A DNA stretch of 64,000 nucleotides, taken from the NCBI GenBank assembly GCA_965219415.1, contig CBDCNP010000002.1, positions 3,616,001 through 3,680,000 of the forward strand, read 5' to 3'. This DNA is from Candidatus Marinacidobacterales bacterium (GTDB lineage: Bacteria; Acidobacteriota; Vicinamibacteria; Marinacidobacterales; DATDRI01). Below, piece after piece: positions 11,146 to 21,679 of the stretch. The notes under the pieces are model-generated. The model saw only the letters and a list, made by a program, of their open reading frames with translations. It was not told the DNA's origin and did not search any database. Position 1 is the stretch's first letter. Each line of letters starts with the position of its first letter. The translations under genes were made by a program, and so were the position numbers.

Positions 11146-11349
11146 GCTCGACCTCCTAGGGGTGGGGCCTTGACTTTGACCGGAGCACTGGATCTGATAG
11201 TATAGACCTTGCGAGGTCAAACCAAACTCGCTTCCGGCCGTGCTGCCAACCGAGTCGGAATTGCCACCGCTACTGCGGAGGCCAGAAGATCCATTAGTTC
11301 CATTGACCCCTAGTGCCAGAAACTCTCCACGTGTACGTATGGTACAAGT

Positions 11350-12540
11350 ATGAACAGTCAGCGCACCGCTGAATCCAGCACCGCCGGCCTACTCGAGCTG
11401 GGCCCACAGGGTGGCGGTCATTTGAGGGTGGTCCAGCATAACTTCCTGCCTCGGCCCGAGGATGTGCATGTCTCCTCACGCCTGATCCAGCAGTACGAGC
11501 TCCGGGAGGGACAGTTTTTGACCGGACCGACTGCCCGCGGAAGGCCACCTCGTCGAAACAACCGCCGAGGTGGAGGAGGCAGTCGGGGCGGAGGAGGAGG
11601 CTCAGCGTTGGAGCTCACCGACGTCGAGACCATCAACGGTCTCGCGCCGGACGCGCTCCCACCCTATCGGAACTACCCCGATCTCGTAAGTGAGCACCCT
11701 AGCCAGACCTTGAGGCTCTCCGAAGGTGGCAAGGACGAGCCCCTCTCGCTTCGGGTCATCGACTTGATGACTCCGATCGGCAGAGGACAGCGCGGGCTCA
11801 TTGTGGCCGCTCCCAAGACCGGCAAGACCATCTTGCTCGAACAGATCGGAAGCGCGATCGCGGAACGCCATCCAGACGTACATCTCATCGTCCTGCTCAT
11901 CGACGAGAGACCGGAGGAAGTCACCCACATGCGGCGAACCGTCAACGGAGAAGTCGTCGCTTCGTCCGCCGACAGCAACGCCGCTTCCCATATTCGCGTT
12001 GCCAAGCTCGTCTTGGAGCGGGCGCGACGCCTGGTGGAGATGGGTCGGGATGTGGTCATTCTGCTCGACTCGATTACCCGGTTGGGTCGTGCCGCCAATC
12101 GTCAACAGCGGGGCCGGGGCAAGACGATGTCCGGCGGTATCGACTCTCGGGCGCTCGAGTTCCCTAGACAATTCTTCGGAGCGGCGCGTAACATCGAAGA
12201 CGGCGGCAGCCTGACGATCCTCGGAACCGCCCTGGTCGATACCGGAAGCCAAATGGACGAAGTGATTTTTCAGGAGTTCAAGGGCACCGGAAACATGGAG
12301 CTGGTACTCGATCGTAGGCTGGCCGAATCACGCGTCTTTCCAGCGATCGACATTTCGCGCTCCGGTACGCGCCGCGAGGAAATACTTCTCAGTGAAGAGG
12401 AGCTTCCGAAAGTCCACCTGCTGCGGCGGGCGCTGGCGGGTCTGAAACCGCCGGAGGCGATGAATCTACTTCTCACCCGCATGAAGAAGACGCCTTCCAA
12501 CAAGGCGCTGCTCGACGGGATCAAAGTAGGCGCTCAGTAA
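11350..12540 (+). CDS. rho: Transcription termination factor Rho
   Basis: [53 protein letters not shown]. Confidence 0.95.
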   Translation: MNSQRTAESSTAGLLELGPQGGGHLRVVQHNFLPRPEDVHVSSRLIQQYELREGQFLTGPTARGRPPRRNNRRGGGGSRGGGGGSALELTDVETINGLAPDALPPYRNYPDLVSEHPSQTLRLSEGGKDEPLSLRVIDLMTPIGRGQRGLIVAAPKTGKTILLEQIGSAIAERHPDVHLIVLLIDERPEEVTHMRRTVNGEVVASSADSNAASHIRVAKLVLERARRLVEMGRDVVILLDSITRLGRAANRQQRGRGKTMSGGIDSRALEFPRQFFGAARNIEDGGSLTILGTALVDTGSQMDEVIFQEFKGTGNMELVLDRRLAESRVFPAIDISRSGTRREEILLSEEELPKVHLLRRALAGLKPPEAMNLLLTRMKKTPSNKALLDGIKVGAQ

Positions 12541-13232
12541 GACTGAAGCTGCAAAATCGTCTCGGGCGCGACCCCTTCGTCATCGTGCTTGGCGTACAGG
12601 TAGAGGCCTTCCACTTGCCCCAAAATGCCTCTAATCTGCTGCTGCACTAACCCGATTTCCTCGTCCGTGTAGGGTGGCACTTTCCGCAGCCGCACGTAGC
12701 CGTGTGGGGCGGTCGGCTTAAAGTTCGCCTCTTCGCCGATCTCGGCATCGGCCACGCAGAGTGCCACACCGGCATCCCGCAGCAGATCCACCACCGCCGG
12801 CTCGTTCCAAGATTCGTGACGAAACTCGATGGCGTATTTGTACCCGGAAGGAAGCTCTTTCAAGAAGCTCTCCAAGCGATCAATCTTCGCCTTGAAGTAA
12901 GGCGGGAGCTGAAACAAGATGACGCCGAGCCGGGGCCCGAGCGGCGAGGCCGCTGCAAGGAAGTCCTCCACCGAATCCCCTACGCTCTTGAGCCGCGCCC
13001 CGTGCGTCACACTCTGATGCATCTTCAGCGAGAAAATAAACGACTCGGGAGTCTTCTCCGCCCAAGAAGTGAGAAGCTTGGTGGTAGGGAATCGCCGGAA
13101 GGTGTGATTGATCTCGACGCTATTCAAGCGCGAAGCGTAAAAGGCCAGGTATTCGTTGGCCGGCGTCTTGGGCGGATAGAAATTACCCACCCACTCGCGA
13201 AAACTGTATCCGGATGTGCCGGCGTATAGCAT
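12534..13232 (-). CDS. DUF72 family protein
   Basis: GTSGYSFREW..FYP, VEINHTF, FQLPP, EFRHESW. Confidence 0.9.
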   Translation of the reverse strand: MLYAGTSGYSFREWVGNFYPPKTPANEYLAFYASRLNSVEINHTFRRFPTTKLLTSWAEKTPESFIFSLKMHQSVTHGARLKSVGDSVEDFLAAASPLGPRLGVILFQLPPYFKAKIDRLESFLKELPSGYKYAIEFRHESWNEPAVVDLLRDAGVALCVADAEIGEEANFKPTAPHGYVRLRKVPPYTDEEIGLVQQQIRGILGQVEGLYLYAKHDDEGVAPETILQLQSY

Positions 13233-13296
13233 GCTTCCCGCAATCTACTGCAGACTTCGCCCTTGTGTAAATGTCCCGCCGTCGCCCACCGTGTCG

Positions 13297-14071
13297 TCAC
13301 TTGGCTATGGCGGGCCCGCCGAAGCCATTAGTCGAAGTCGAATCGAGCGGAGGCGGGCGAAGCGTGCACACTGCGAGAAAGTAACGCGGCTCTCCGGAAA
13401 CGTCCGCGAGTCGGGTGGGTGTGGGTCCATCCGCCTCGTCGTAGAGTCGGCCCGCCCACCCGCCCCGCAGCACCTTGGCCCAGGCACGAGCCATGGCGTA
13501 GACGGGTAGCCACAGCCAAAGACGAGATACAAACCTCTGGCCCCATAGCTCCTTGATCTCGAACCACTCGGCCAACGCTAGCTCCGAGCTCGGCGAGTCG
13601 ATACTCGTGTGCGTGGTAGGGGTTCGCCGGACGACCGGTGAGCGGCCACCACGGGGAAGACACTTTGCGGTTGGGTGTCGAGACGATGAACGTCCCCCGG
13701 TCGGCGAGCACGCGTGCTACTTCTCGAAGGAGAGCGCGCGGCTCCGTCACGTGCTCGAGGGTCTCGAAGCAAACAACGCTCCCGAAGGCTCCACTCTCGA
13801 AGGGAAGTGACTCGGCGCGGGATCTGACGTAGTTGACCCTGGGGTGAGGGTATCGAGTACGGGCAGTCGATAGCGCGTCGAGAGAGAGATCCACGCCGAC
13901 GATCGATCGGTTTCCCGTCTCGGCCAAAATGGTCGCACCGTAACCGGTCCCGCAGGCAACGTCCAGAACCGGGCTGACTAACGATCGGCTCGACGCCGCG
14001 CGATAGCGAGCCAAGTGCTCGGCTACGATGTGCCCTGGAGTCTCTCCTGGGAGAACCCGGTCACAAGCCAT
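13297..14071 (-). CDS. Class I SAM-dependent methyltransferase (apparent frameshift ~13575)
   Basis: EHLARY, VLDVACGTGYG, FETLEH, STPN; the C-terminus appears to continue in ORF 13297-13575. Confidence 0.8.
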
Positions 14072-14765
14072 CCCGCACCCAGCGAAAGCCGAAGTCCGAA
14101 TAGTGGAGCAGTGGCGGTAGGCTGCTTCGGGCGGCGCACCGCGTCACGACCACTTGGTGTCGCCAGGAACCGCCCCTCGCTGACCGGCGAAGCGTGTCGC
14201 GGGCGGCGCACGGGTTTTCTACCGGAGAGTCCACGTAATAAGTCGCATGGTAGCCATCGAGGCACCACTCGTGCACGTTGTCCGCCATGTTGAAAAGCCC
14301 GTAGCCATTCGGAGGCGTCGTCGCCACGTCGTCAGGGCCCTCGAGCGGACCGCGCAGAGGAGAATGCCCGCCGCCCGCGGGATCATTCCCCCACGGGAAC
14401 CGTAGGCCATCGAGACCACCGCGGGCCGCCTTTTCCCTTTCGGCTTCGGTGGGGAGTCGCATGGCGAGACCGGTTTCTCGCGATATCCACCGACAATAGG
14501 CGACCGCTTGTGGCCAATTCACACCGACCACCGGTTGCCGGGCTCGCGAGAAGGCGGGGTCGTCCCACGACGGCGGCGGCTCGACGCCGGTTGCTTCCAA
14601 GTAGAGCCCGTACTCGGCTCGCGTAACTGGGGTGGGCGCGATCTCGAAGCCGGAGATGAAAACGCGGTGGACCGGCTCTTCGTCTCCTCGCACCCCTTCT
14701 GACCCCATCATGAAGGCTCCCTCGGGAACGAGGATGGCCTGCGCCACGGATTCGATGCGGGTCAC
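14061..14765 (-). CDS. FGE-sulfatase (SUMF1/EgtB-like) domain protein
   Basis: FMMGS, PVVGVNW, RLPTEAEREKAARGG, NGYGLFNM, RGGSW, GFR. Confidence 0.9.
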   Translation of the reverse strand: MTRIESVAQAILVPEGAFMMGSEGVRGDEEPVHRVFISGFEIAPTPVTRAEYGLYLEATGVEPPPSWDDPAFSRARQPVVGVNWPQAVAYCRWISRETGLAMRLPTEAEREKAARGGLDGLRFPWGNDPAGGGHSPLRGPLEGPDDVATTPPNGYGLFNMADNVHEWCLDGYHATYYVDSPVENPCAARDTLRRSARGGSWRHQVVVTRCAARSSLPPLLHYSDFGFRWVRDGL

Positions 14766-14896
14766 GGAAACGAGTTTAGAAGATCCTGGATCCTCTGGTC
14801 GAACCCCAAAAAGCCGGCGGCAGTTCGAGCGACAACAGACACCGGGGCTTTCGGAGGAGGCAATTTTCGCCTCCCCTTATTTTTTGATGTCGGGCT

Positions 14897-15334
14897 CTAG
14901 TTCTTGAAGAGATTATGGAACGCGGCTCGCGCGTCCTGAGTCGTGTCCGCACGCTTCCCGGTTGCGTCCAGTACCTGTGCGGGTTTGTAAAGCGCGCAGT
15001 CGTTGGCGACCCCTTTGTTGGCGATACGCGCCTCGATGGGTTCCCGGCATTCCCACCGTGCCCCGGGATCGAAGTGTTTGCAATGGCGACAAGAACGCAG
15101 CGGCGTTTGGCACTTCGTGCAAACCGTCTCCTTGTTGACGTTCAGCAACTCCGCAGGTACCTGATTACCGCAGCGGCTACACCGAACGACTAGGGTAACG
15201 TTGCGGTCGACGGCGTGACGCAGCGAGCGTACCTGCTCCCGATTGCCCAGGTCGGTTTTGGGCTCTCGGCGACGGGACTGCTTGTGATCCTCTTCGTATT
15301 CGTCGTCCCGGTAACCTCTCTGACGGTACCTCAT
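14897..15334 (-). CDS. Hypothetical Zn-ribbon protein
   Basis: Three CxxC pairs plus further Cys; AGGAG RBS. Confidence 0.7.
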   Translation of the reverse strand: MRYRQRGYRDDEYEEDHKQSRRREPKTDLGNREQVRSLRHAVDRNVTLVVRCSRCGNQVPAELLNVNKETVCTKCQTPLRSCRHCKHFDPGARWECREPIEARIANKGVANDCALYKPAQVLDATGKRADTTQDARAAFHNLFKN

Positions 15335-15571
15335 CTAACTTCTCCTTGACCCCTCGAGAAATTGTTCTCGAATCCACGCGATTAGGCAGGCAATAGGGGA
15401 CAGCTGTCCGCGCTAACCGGGGTACCTTACATCGGCAGGGGAATGCAGGTTCCAAGAATCGGCAACGCAGAAGTGTGAGCCACCTCTTCCTGGAACAACA
15501 GAAGCATATCACGTTCCACAGACGGGATCCAAATGTCCAGGCCTACCCCGAACGTCGGTCCCCGTTCAACC

Positions 15572-16747
15572 CTAGGCAGTAAGCGCTTGCTCGATATCCG
15601 CAACCAAGTCGGCGGTGTCCTCGATACCAAGGGCAAGCCGCACCATACTGTCCTCTATCCCCGACTGCTGGCGCTCCTGCGGGGAGAGCATGGCGTGGGA
15701 GGTCAAGCAGGGAATCGAAACCAGCGACTCCACGCCTCCCAAGCTGGGTGCAATGTGAAAAAGCTTCAGGGCATTCACGAATCGCTTCGCGGCATCGAGA
15801 CTGCCGTTCAGCTCGAGGCTCACGACACCTCCACCCCCGCGCATCTGCCGCCCCGCGAGCTCGTGCTGAGGATGGCTCTCAAGCAGCGGGTAGAATACTC
15901 GTCTCACACGGGCATGGCCCTCGAAGGCCCGGGCCACCGCCATGGCCGATCGGTTGTGCTGCCCCACGCGCACGCCGAGGGTCTTGATACCTCTCAGCAA
16001 GAGATAAGCGGCATGGGGATCCATGATCCCCCCCAAGACCTTCAGAAACGATTTCACGTTTTCTACAACGTCCTTGGACGCGACCAGGGCGCCCCCCAGA
16101 AGATCGGAGTGACCGCCAAAATACTTGGTCGTGGAATGAAGGACTCCGTCTATCCCATAGTCACCGGGTTGGGTATTGAACGGAGTGGCGAATGTGCTGT
16201 CGATGAAGGTCTTCACGCCCCGCGAGCGCGCGATCTCGGCAACGCCCCCGAGATCTACTAGCCTTAACGTCGGATTAGTCGGTGACTCCACGTAGATAAC
16301 GCGCGTGTTGTCGCGAAGAGCACTCCTAAAACCAGCGGTATCGGTGCAATCCACCCAGCTCACCTCGACCCCGGACCGCGGTAACAACTCCCGCGCGAAA
16401 CGAAACGTACCACCGTAGACTTCCCGCTGGAAAATGGCGTGATCACCCTGGCCAAGGAAAGAGAGCAGTGTCGTGGTGATCGCGCTCATACCGGAGCCGA
16501 AAACCAACGCCGCCTCGGCTCCCTCGAGCCCGGCAAGCGCTCGCTCTGCCGCAGACAATGTCGGGTTCCCGTAGCGAGTGTAGAACATGTCCCCATCCGC
16601 CTCGACGGCGATTTGCTGGTCGACATTGGCTGCCTCGAACGTCGCCGAAAGGTAGATGGGCGAAGTCACTGGTCGGTTCGCCTTCTCCGCGTGGAGCTCC
16701 GAGTGAACGGCGCGGGTCGATAGGTCGAGCTCGCTCTTCTTCATCAT
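15572..16747 (-). CDS. PLP-dependent Cys/Met metabolism enzyme (cystathionine gamma-synthase/lyase family)
   Basis: YTRYGNPT, SGMSAI, ESPTNP, DSTFATP, HSTTKYFGGHSD, SLGGVESL. Confidence 0.93.
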   Translation of the reverse strand: MMKKSELDLSTRAVHSELHAEKANRPVTSPIYLSATFEAANVDQQIAVEADGDMFYTRYGNPTLSAAERALAGLEGAEAALVFGSGMSAITTTLLSFLGQGDHAIFQREVYGGTFRFARELLPRSGVEVSWVDCTDTAGFRSALRDNTRVIYVESPTNPTLRLVDLGGVAEIARSRGVKTFIDSTFATPFNTQPGDYGIDGVLHSTTKYFGGHSDLLGGALVASKDVVENVKSFLKVLGGIMDPHAAYLLLRGIKTLGVRVGQHNRSAMAVARAFEGHARVRRVFYPLLESHPQHELAGRQMRGGGGVVSLELNGSLDAAKRFVNALKLFHIAPSLGGVESLVSIPCLTSHAMLSPQERQQSGIEDSMVRLALGIEDTADLVADIEQALTA

Positions 16748-17598
16748 TTCCTCCGCTTGGATGGGCTTCTGGTTTTCGCTCGGCTGGCCGACCTTCTCGG
16801 CTGGCAACGAGCGCAGTAATAAGTTGACCGGCCCGCCTGCACGATTCTCCTGACCGAGGCGCCACACCGGGAGCAAGGTTCCCCGGCGTGGCCATAGATA
16901 AGGAAGTGATTCTCGGAATCCACCTCGGGCAGATACTTCATCTCGTTGGATCTCCCACGCCGCACCGCCTGCTTGAGCGTTGTACGTATGGAACGGTGCA
17001 ATCTGGAGTGCTCTTCGTCAGTCAGCTGACCCGCCATCCGCACCGGGTGGATACCGGCATGAAAGAGGGCCTCGGCTGCTTGAATGTTCCCCAAACCGGC
17101 AATCCGATGCTGATCCATCAGGAACGTCTTGATCGGCAATCGAGCCGCTTCGAGAAGCTCGGAGAACCGGCGCGCCGTGAACCCCCGGTCGAGAGCGTCA
17201 ATTCCGAGCCGGGCGAGGGTCTCGCGGACCCTCCCGTCGACGATCTGAAATCGTCCGAAACGACGGTAATCACTAAAAACCACGCGGCGGCCCAAACCAA
17301 CCTCGAGCACCACACAAGTCGCGGGTGGGTCGGGCTCCCGCCGGGCACGGACAACGAACTTCCCGCTCATGCCCAGGTGAGCGACGGCACCCCCCCTCTC
17401 CCCCAGATCCCAGATCAAGTACTTCCCGCGACGATGGATACCCCGAAGACGCGCGCCTGAGAATACGCGCTCGACCCGCCGGACGCTTTGGCCTCGAAGC
17501 ACGCGACGGTCCTCGACACGTGCCCGGGCGATGATGCGGTTCCCGAGCCACCGCTCCAAGTTCTCTCGCGCGATCTCGACTTCAGGAAGCTCAGGCAT
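16744..17598 (-). CDS. mutM: Formamidopyrimidine-DNA glycosylase
   Basis: MPELPEVE, RRGKYL, HLGMSG, GLGNI, Zn finger CSRC...CARCQ. Confidence 0.9.
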   Translation of the reverse strand: MPELPEVEIARENLERWLGNRIIARARVEDRRVLRGQSVRRVERVFSGARLRGIHRRGKYLIWDLGERGGAVAHLGMSGKFVVRARREPDPPATCVVLEVGLGRRVVFSDYRRFGRFQIVDGRVRETLARLGIDALDRGFTARRFSELLEAARLPIKTFLMDQHRIAGLGNIQAAEALFHAGIHPVRMAGQLTDEEHSRLHRSIRTTLKQAVRRGRSNEMKYLPEVDSENHFLIYGHAGEPCSRCGASVRRIVQAGRSTYYCARCQPRRSASRAKTRSPSKRRK

Positions 17599-18127
17599 GC
17601 TCTCGCTTCAAACGCCGGGCCAGCTTCTGCCAGTGACGTAACATCTCGGGATACGTGTAGTGAGCGTTGCGGCCGCTCGGGTTTGGTAGCACGAAGATAT
17701 CCGCACCCTCGATGCGGTCCTTTTGTAGACCGCAGTGGATCGGGCCTCGTAGGCCTTGGAACTCGCGATAGACGGTCACCCCGACGAACCCCACCGAGGA
17801 GGGTCGAAGACGGCATATCTTCCTCGCCAGTTTGCGGCGCCCTTCTGAGAAATCCTCCTTGTTCAAGTCACCGCTTCCGCGCGTTGGGCGGTCGACGATG
17901 TTCGTCAACCCGACGCCAAAATCGAGCAGAATCACATCCTCTTCACAGGAAAGTCGCCGTGGGGTAATCCCTGAGTCATGGAGCAGTTTCCAGAACTGAT
18001 TCCCTGGCCCTGCGAAATGATGGCCGAGCTCCGCTGAGCGAAGCCCGGGGTTGATTCCCACCAAGAGCACCTTGAGGCCCGGACGGAGATAGTCGGGAAG
18101 TCCCTCGCGCAACATGAAGAATCCCAT
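17591..18127 (-). CDS. mug: Mismatch-specific uracil DNA glycosylase (MUG/TDG)
   Basis: GINPG, HHFAGPGNQFW, LPNPSGRN. Confidence 0.9.
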   Translation of the reverse strand: MGFFMLREGLPDYLRPGLKVLLVGINPGLRSAELGHHFAGPGNQFWKLLHDSGITPRRLSCEEDVILLDFGVGLTNIVDRPTRGSGDLNKEDFSEGRRKLARKICRLRPSSVGFVGVTVYREFQGLRGPIHCGLQKDRIEGADIFVLPNPSGRNAHYTYPEMLRHWQKLARRLKREHA

Positions 18128-18185
18128 TATATTCTCGAAGGGACCGCGCTACGGTCTACCACAACTTTGCAGAGGAGGCGACACG

Positions 18186-18596
18186 ATGGCCAACAAGTGG
18201 CTGTTCAAGGAAGAGCCCACCCACTACAACTTCTCCGAGTTCCGCAAAGACGGAAAGACGGTTTGGGAGGGTGTCAAGAACCCCGTTGCCCAGAAGTACT
18301 TGAGACAAGTCAAGAAGGGGGATCGGGTCTTCTATTACCACACGGGGAAGGAAAAAGCGGTGGTGGGAATAGCGCGAGCCACCTCGAGCGCCTACCTAGA
18401 CCCAAAGAAAAAAGACGGGAAGACCGTGGTGGTCGACCTGGTACCGGTCAAGGCACTCCCCCAGCCGGTCACCTTGGCATCCGTCAAGGCCTTGGCTAAA
18501 TTCAAGGGTTTCGCGCTGGTCAGGCTGCCTCGTCTATCGGTGATGCCGGTGACCGAGGGGCAGTGGAAGGCCATTGAGTCGATGGCCAAGAAATAG
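18186..18596 (+). CDS. EVE domain protein
   Basis: WLFKEEP, WEGVKNPVA, GDRVFYYHTG, RLSVMPV. Confidence 0.92.
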   Translation: MANKWLFKEEPTHYNFSEFRKDGKTVWEGVKNPVAQKYLRQVKKGDRVFYYHTGKEKAVVGIARATSSAYLDPKKKDGKTVVVDLVPVKALPQPVTLASVKALAKFKGFALVRLPRLSVMPVTEGQWKAIESMAKK

Positions 18597-18660
18597 TTCA
18601 TCCATCACGGAACCTTCGGCAACCCGCATCCGTATACTTATTTAAAGAAGGAGGTGTACG

Positions 18661-18795
18661 ATGCGTTGTCCCAGATGTCGTTCTCGTGTGAGGGGCGGCG
18701 GCTACACGGCCGTCGGAAAAACCTATTGCTGCAGAAATTGCGCGCGCAAGGCCTCTTGCCTGTGCCGCAACAAAGAAATAGCGAAAACCGCCTAA
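18661..18795 (+). CDS. Metallothionein-like Cys-rich small protein (44 aa; not in ORF track)
   Basis: AAGGAGGT RBS; MRCPRCRSRVRGGGYTAVGKTYCCRNCARKASCLCRNKEIAKTA; GxxYCCxxCA motif of bacterial metallothioneins. Confidence 0.7.
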   Translation: MRCPRCRSRVRGGGYTAVGKTYCCRNCARKASCLCRNKEIAKTA

Positions 18796-18799
18796 GCTG

Positions 18800-19229
18800 T
18801 CACTTTTCAGAAGGTACGATTCGGGCCACCCGGGAAAGCGGGTGGCCTTTCGCATTTATCTCGAGCGTATTGAAACCAACCGAACGGAATTCTGGAAACG
18901 CTCAGCCCGCCCTGGCCGAGCGCTTCTCCCAAGGACTGCATCGCTCGGACAGCGGTTTTGGGACGAGACAGCTCCCCGAACAGGTGCGCGAAGGGATTGA
19001 GGATAACCCGTTCGACCTTGAGCTGGGAAGCGAGCTTGGCTATCTCCTGACACGCCGCCTGAACCGTACCCTCCAAATCCTCCTCGTCTCGCTTTTCGAC
19101 ACTGGCCAGCACAAGAATCGCCTCGTCGGTTTCGACGACTCTGCTCTCGGGCTCCTCGAATACCGGTGAGCGCCCTCGCTCGGTCATCTCCGAGCGAAAG
19201 GAGTTGACGTGAATCAGCAGGAGTCGCAT
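18800..19229 (-). CDS. Free-standing archaeal-type threonyl-tRNA synthetase editing domain (1-nt frameshift ~18872)
   Basis: MRLLLIH, ILNPFAHL, PFGWF; removing one base restores NTLEINAKGHPLSRVAR. Confidence 0.8.
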
Positions 19230-20016
19230 GCGAGGCAGCATAGGGAGCGCCCGCGCCAAGATGTCAAGATGCCGCTTTCCGGCGTGACCGCGCCTTGAAC
19301 TAGAATAGGGCCCGGTGAGAAGACTCCGGGCGAGAGCCCGACGATAGCCTGACAGAGATAGACCAAGCGAGGAGGAGCTCATGATTCGCTCGGCACTGGT
19401 TTTCGTGTTGTTGTTGGCTGTGATCTTGGGTGGTCTCTACGTCCTCCTTTTTCAACCCCAACAAAAAGCCCTCAAGGGTGCAGAGCGCGATGCCAGCCTA
19501 AGAGCTCAGGAAGGGGCCAACCTGCGAGCCCGGGTCAACGACCTGGAAAACATGTTGAGTGATCTCCGACAGACCAGTACGGAGCTCGAGGCCTCGGTCG
19601 AAGAAAGGGAGCAAGAATTGGCCGCGATGGTCGCTACCCAAGACGAGCTACTCGGCGAGCTCGAACAGGAGAGCGCAGACGGCCAGATTCACATCCAGCG
19701 TCTGCAGGGCATGCTCCGGGTAGATATGGTGGACGAGATCTTGTTCGACTCGGGTGAAGCGACGGTCAAGCGGGCAGGTCAGGAAATTCTGGCTCGCATC
19801 GGGGAAGTTTTGAAGAAGGCAGAGGACCGCCAAGTCGTCGTGCAGGGTCACACCGACAACGTCCAAATCGTCGGGAGGCTCGCGGACCGTTTTCCGACCA
19901 ACTGGGAGTTATCCGCCGCACGGGCGGTCAACGTGGCGCGATTTCTCCAGGAAGCAGTCGGGATGGATCCATCGCGATTGGGCGCCGCCGGCTTTTCCGA
20001 GTACCGTCCCCGCGCC

Positions 20017-21451
20017 GAAAGTGTGCCAATCTTAGTTGGGAATCGAAACGGCTCCAAACCCCGTGGTTTGATGGCGTTGGACAAAACAAAATCAAGCCGC
20101 GAAGAAAGGAGCCGAGATGGGAAGTCTGCTACGTTCGGTCAAGAAACGCAAGAAGTCGCGTCGTTTGGGTGAGGTCGAGATGGTGAGGCACGAGGATTAC
20201 GGGGAACTCGCGCTGGACGCCAAGGTAGAGATGATCCGTTGGTTGGTCCCCCTTGGTCTAATGCACGTTCACGAGTTGCTCGACGACGAAGTGAAGGCGT
20301 TGGCGGGAGAGCGATACTCTCGCAAGGACGAGCTGGAGCGCGGTCGCCGTCCCGGAAGCAACCCGGGCATGGTAGGGCTTGGCGGCCAGCGGGTACCGAT
20401 CCGTGTGCCACGGGTTCGGAGCATCGAGGGAGGAGAGATTCCGCTTCGCTGCTACGAGGCGGTGAGCCACGGCGGTGAGGTGAATGATCTTCTGCTGAAA
20501 CGAGTTCTCTACGGAATCTCTTGTCGCAACTACGAGGCGGCAGCGGAAGCGATTCCGGGCGCCATCGGGCTGTCGAGCTCAACGGTGTCCCGAGGGTTCG
20601 TGCAAGCGAGCGCTGCGAAGCTGCGGGAGATGCAGGAACGGGATCTGACCGGCGAGGATGTGGTGGCGCTGTTTCTGGATGGGAAGACATTCGCCGAGGC
20701 AACGATGGTCGTGGCTCTGGGCATCACGCTTTGCGGGGAAAAACGCTTCTTGGGCTTCGTGGAGACGGACACGGAGAACGCGCAGGTGTTGACGCCGTTC
20801 CTGCGTTCACTGCTCGAGCGGGGACTCGATATCTCCCAGGGTCTGCTGGTGATCATCGACGGCGGCAAGGGTCTCCAAGCGGCAGTCAAGAAGGCATTCC
20901 ATAAGCGGGCCCTGATACAACGCTGCCAGTGGCACAAACGTGAAAACGTAGTGAGCTACCTGTCCAAGGGCGAGCAGGCGTCATGGCGCAAGCGGCTCCA
21001 GTGGGCCTACAACAGGCCGGAGTACGAAGAGGCCCTCACTGCGCTCGAGCAACTCCACGGTGAGTTAGAAGAGCGGAACCAATCCGCAGCTGGCAGCCTG
21101 GAGGAAGGCCTCGAGGAGACGCTGACGTTGCATCGACTCGGCGTGCACGCGGTGCTGGGCCGTTCGTTCAAGACGACGAACTGCCTTGAGTCCGTCAATG
21201 CTCTCGTCGAGGAACGCTGCGCGAAGGTCGACCACTGGAAGAACTCGAGCCAACGCCAGCGCTGGTTGGCAACGGCGCTCGTAGACATCGAACCGCGCTT
21301 GAGGAAGGTGGTGGGCTACCGCCATCTTCCCAAGCTTCGCGAAGCTCTCAAGCGGGAACTGAAGATCGAGGCGAAGACATCAACCGTATCGAAGAAGAAG
21401 GTCGCTTAAACGTGAGCCGTGGAGAGTTTCAACTAAGAATGGGCTTGACTC
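20017..21451 (+). mobile_element. IS256 family element, complete copy 1
   Basis: Imperfect terminal IRs GAAAGTGTGCCAATCTTAGTTG / GAGTCAAGCCCATTCTTAGTTG; 8-bp target duplication CCCGCGCC (20009-20016, 21452-21459). Confidence 0.95.
20117..21409 (+). CDS. IS256 family DDE transposase
   Basis: LFLDG, IIDGGKG, QRCQWHK, TTNCLES. Confidence 0.95.
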   Translation: MGSLLRSVKKRKKSRRLGEVEMVRHEDYGELALDAKVEMIRWLVPLGLMHVHELLDDEVKALAGERYSRKDELERGRRPGSNPGMVGLGGQRVPIRVPRVRSIEGGEIPLRCYEAVSHGGEVNDLLLKRVLYGISCRNYEAAAEAIPGAIGLSSSTVSRGFVQASAAKLREMQERDLTGEDVVALFLDGKTFAEATMVVALGITLCGEKRFLGFVETDTENAQVLTPFLRSLLERGLDISQGLLVIIDGGKGLQAAVKKAFHKRALIQRCQWHKRENVVSYLSKGEQASWRKRLQWAYNRPEYEEALTALEQLHGELEERNQSAAGSLEEGLEETLTLHRLGVHAVLGRSFKTTNCLESVNALVEERCAKVDHWKNSSQRQRWLATALVDIEPRLRKVVGYRHLPKLREALKRELKIEAKTSTVSKKKVA

Positions 21452-21679
21452 CCCGCGCCGACAACGGAACGGAAGATGGTCGTCAGTTGAATCGCCGCAT
21501 CGAGATCCTCCTCGCCCCCGTTTCCGAGGAGCCAGAGAAAGAAGACTAGCAGGGTGCTCGCGAATTCACCTCACCCTGCGCGAGCGGTGCGAGCCCGGCC
21601 GGAGTCGGCCGACGAAAGGTGCGCCGAGCGAGAGCGAGGCGCCAAGCGCGCAAACGAGGAGTGAGCGCGCATTGATGCA

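Larger units (their letters stand above)
19381..21549 (+). pseudogene. OmpA/MotB family protein interrupted by IS256
   Basis: TM, coiled coil, ILFDSG, GHTDN, NWELSAARA; C-terminus ADNGTEDGRQLNRRIEILL resumes after the IS; stop 21547-21549. Confidence 0.92.

Noticed and set aside
13297-16747. Ergothioneine/ovothiol-like pathway (FGE domain + methyltransferase + PLP lyase)
   Set aside because: The FGE protein has no DinB-like metal-binding domain, the methyltransferase is not EgtD-like, and an unrelated gene separates the lyase
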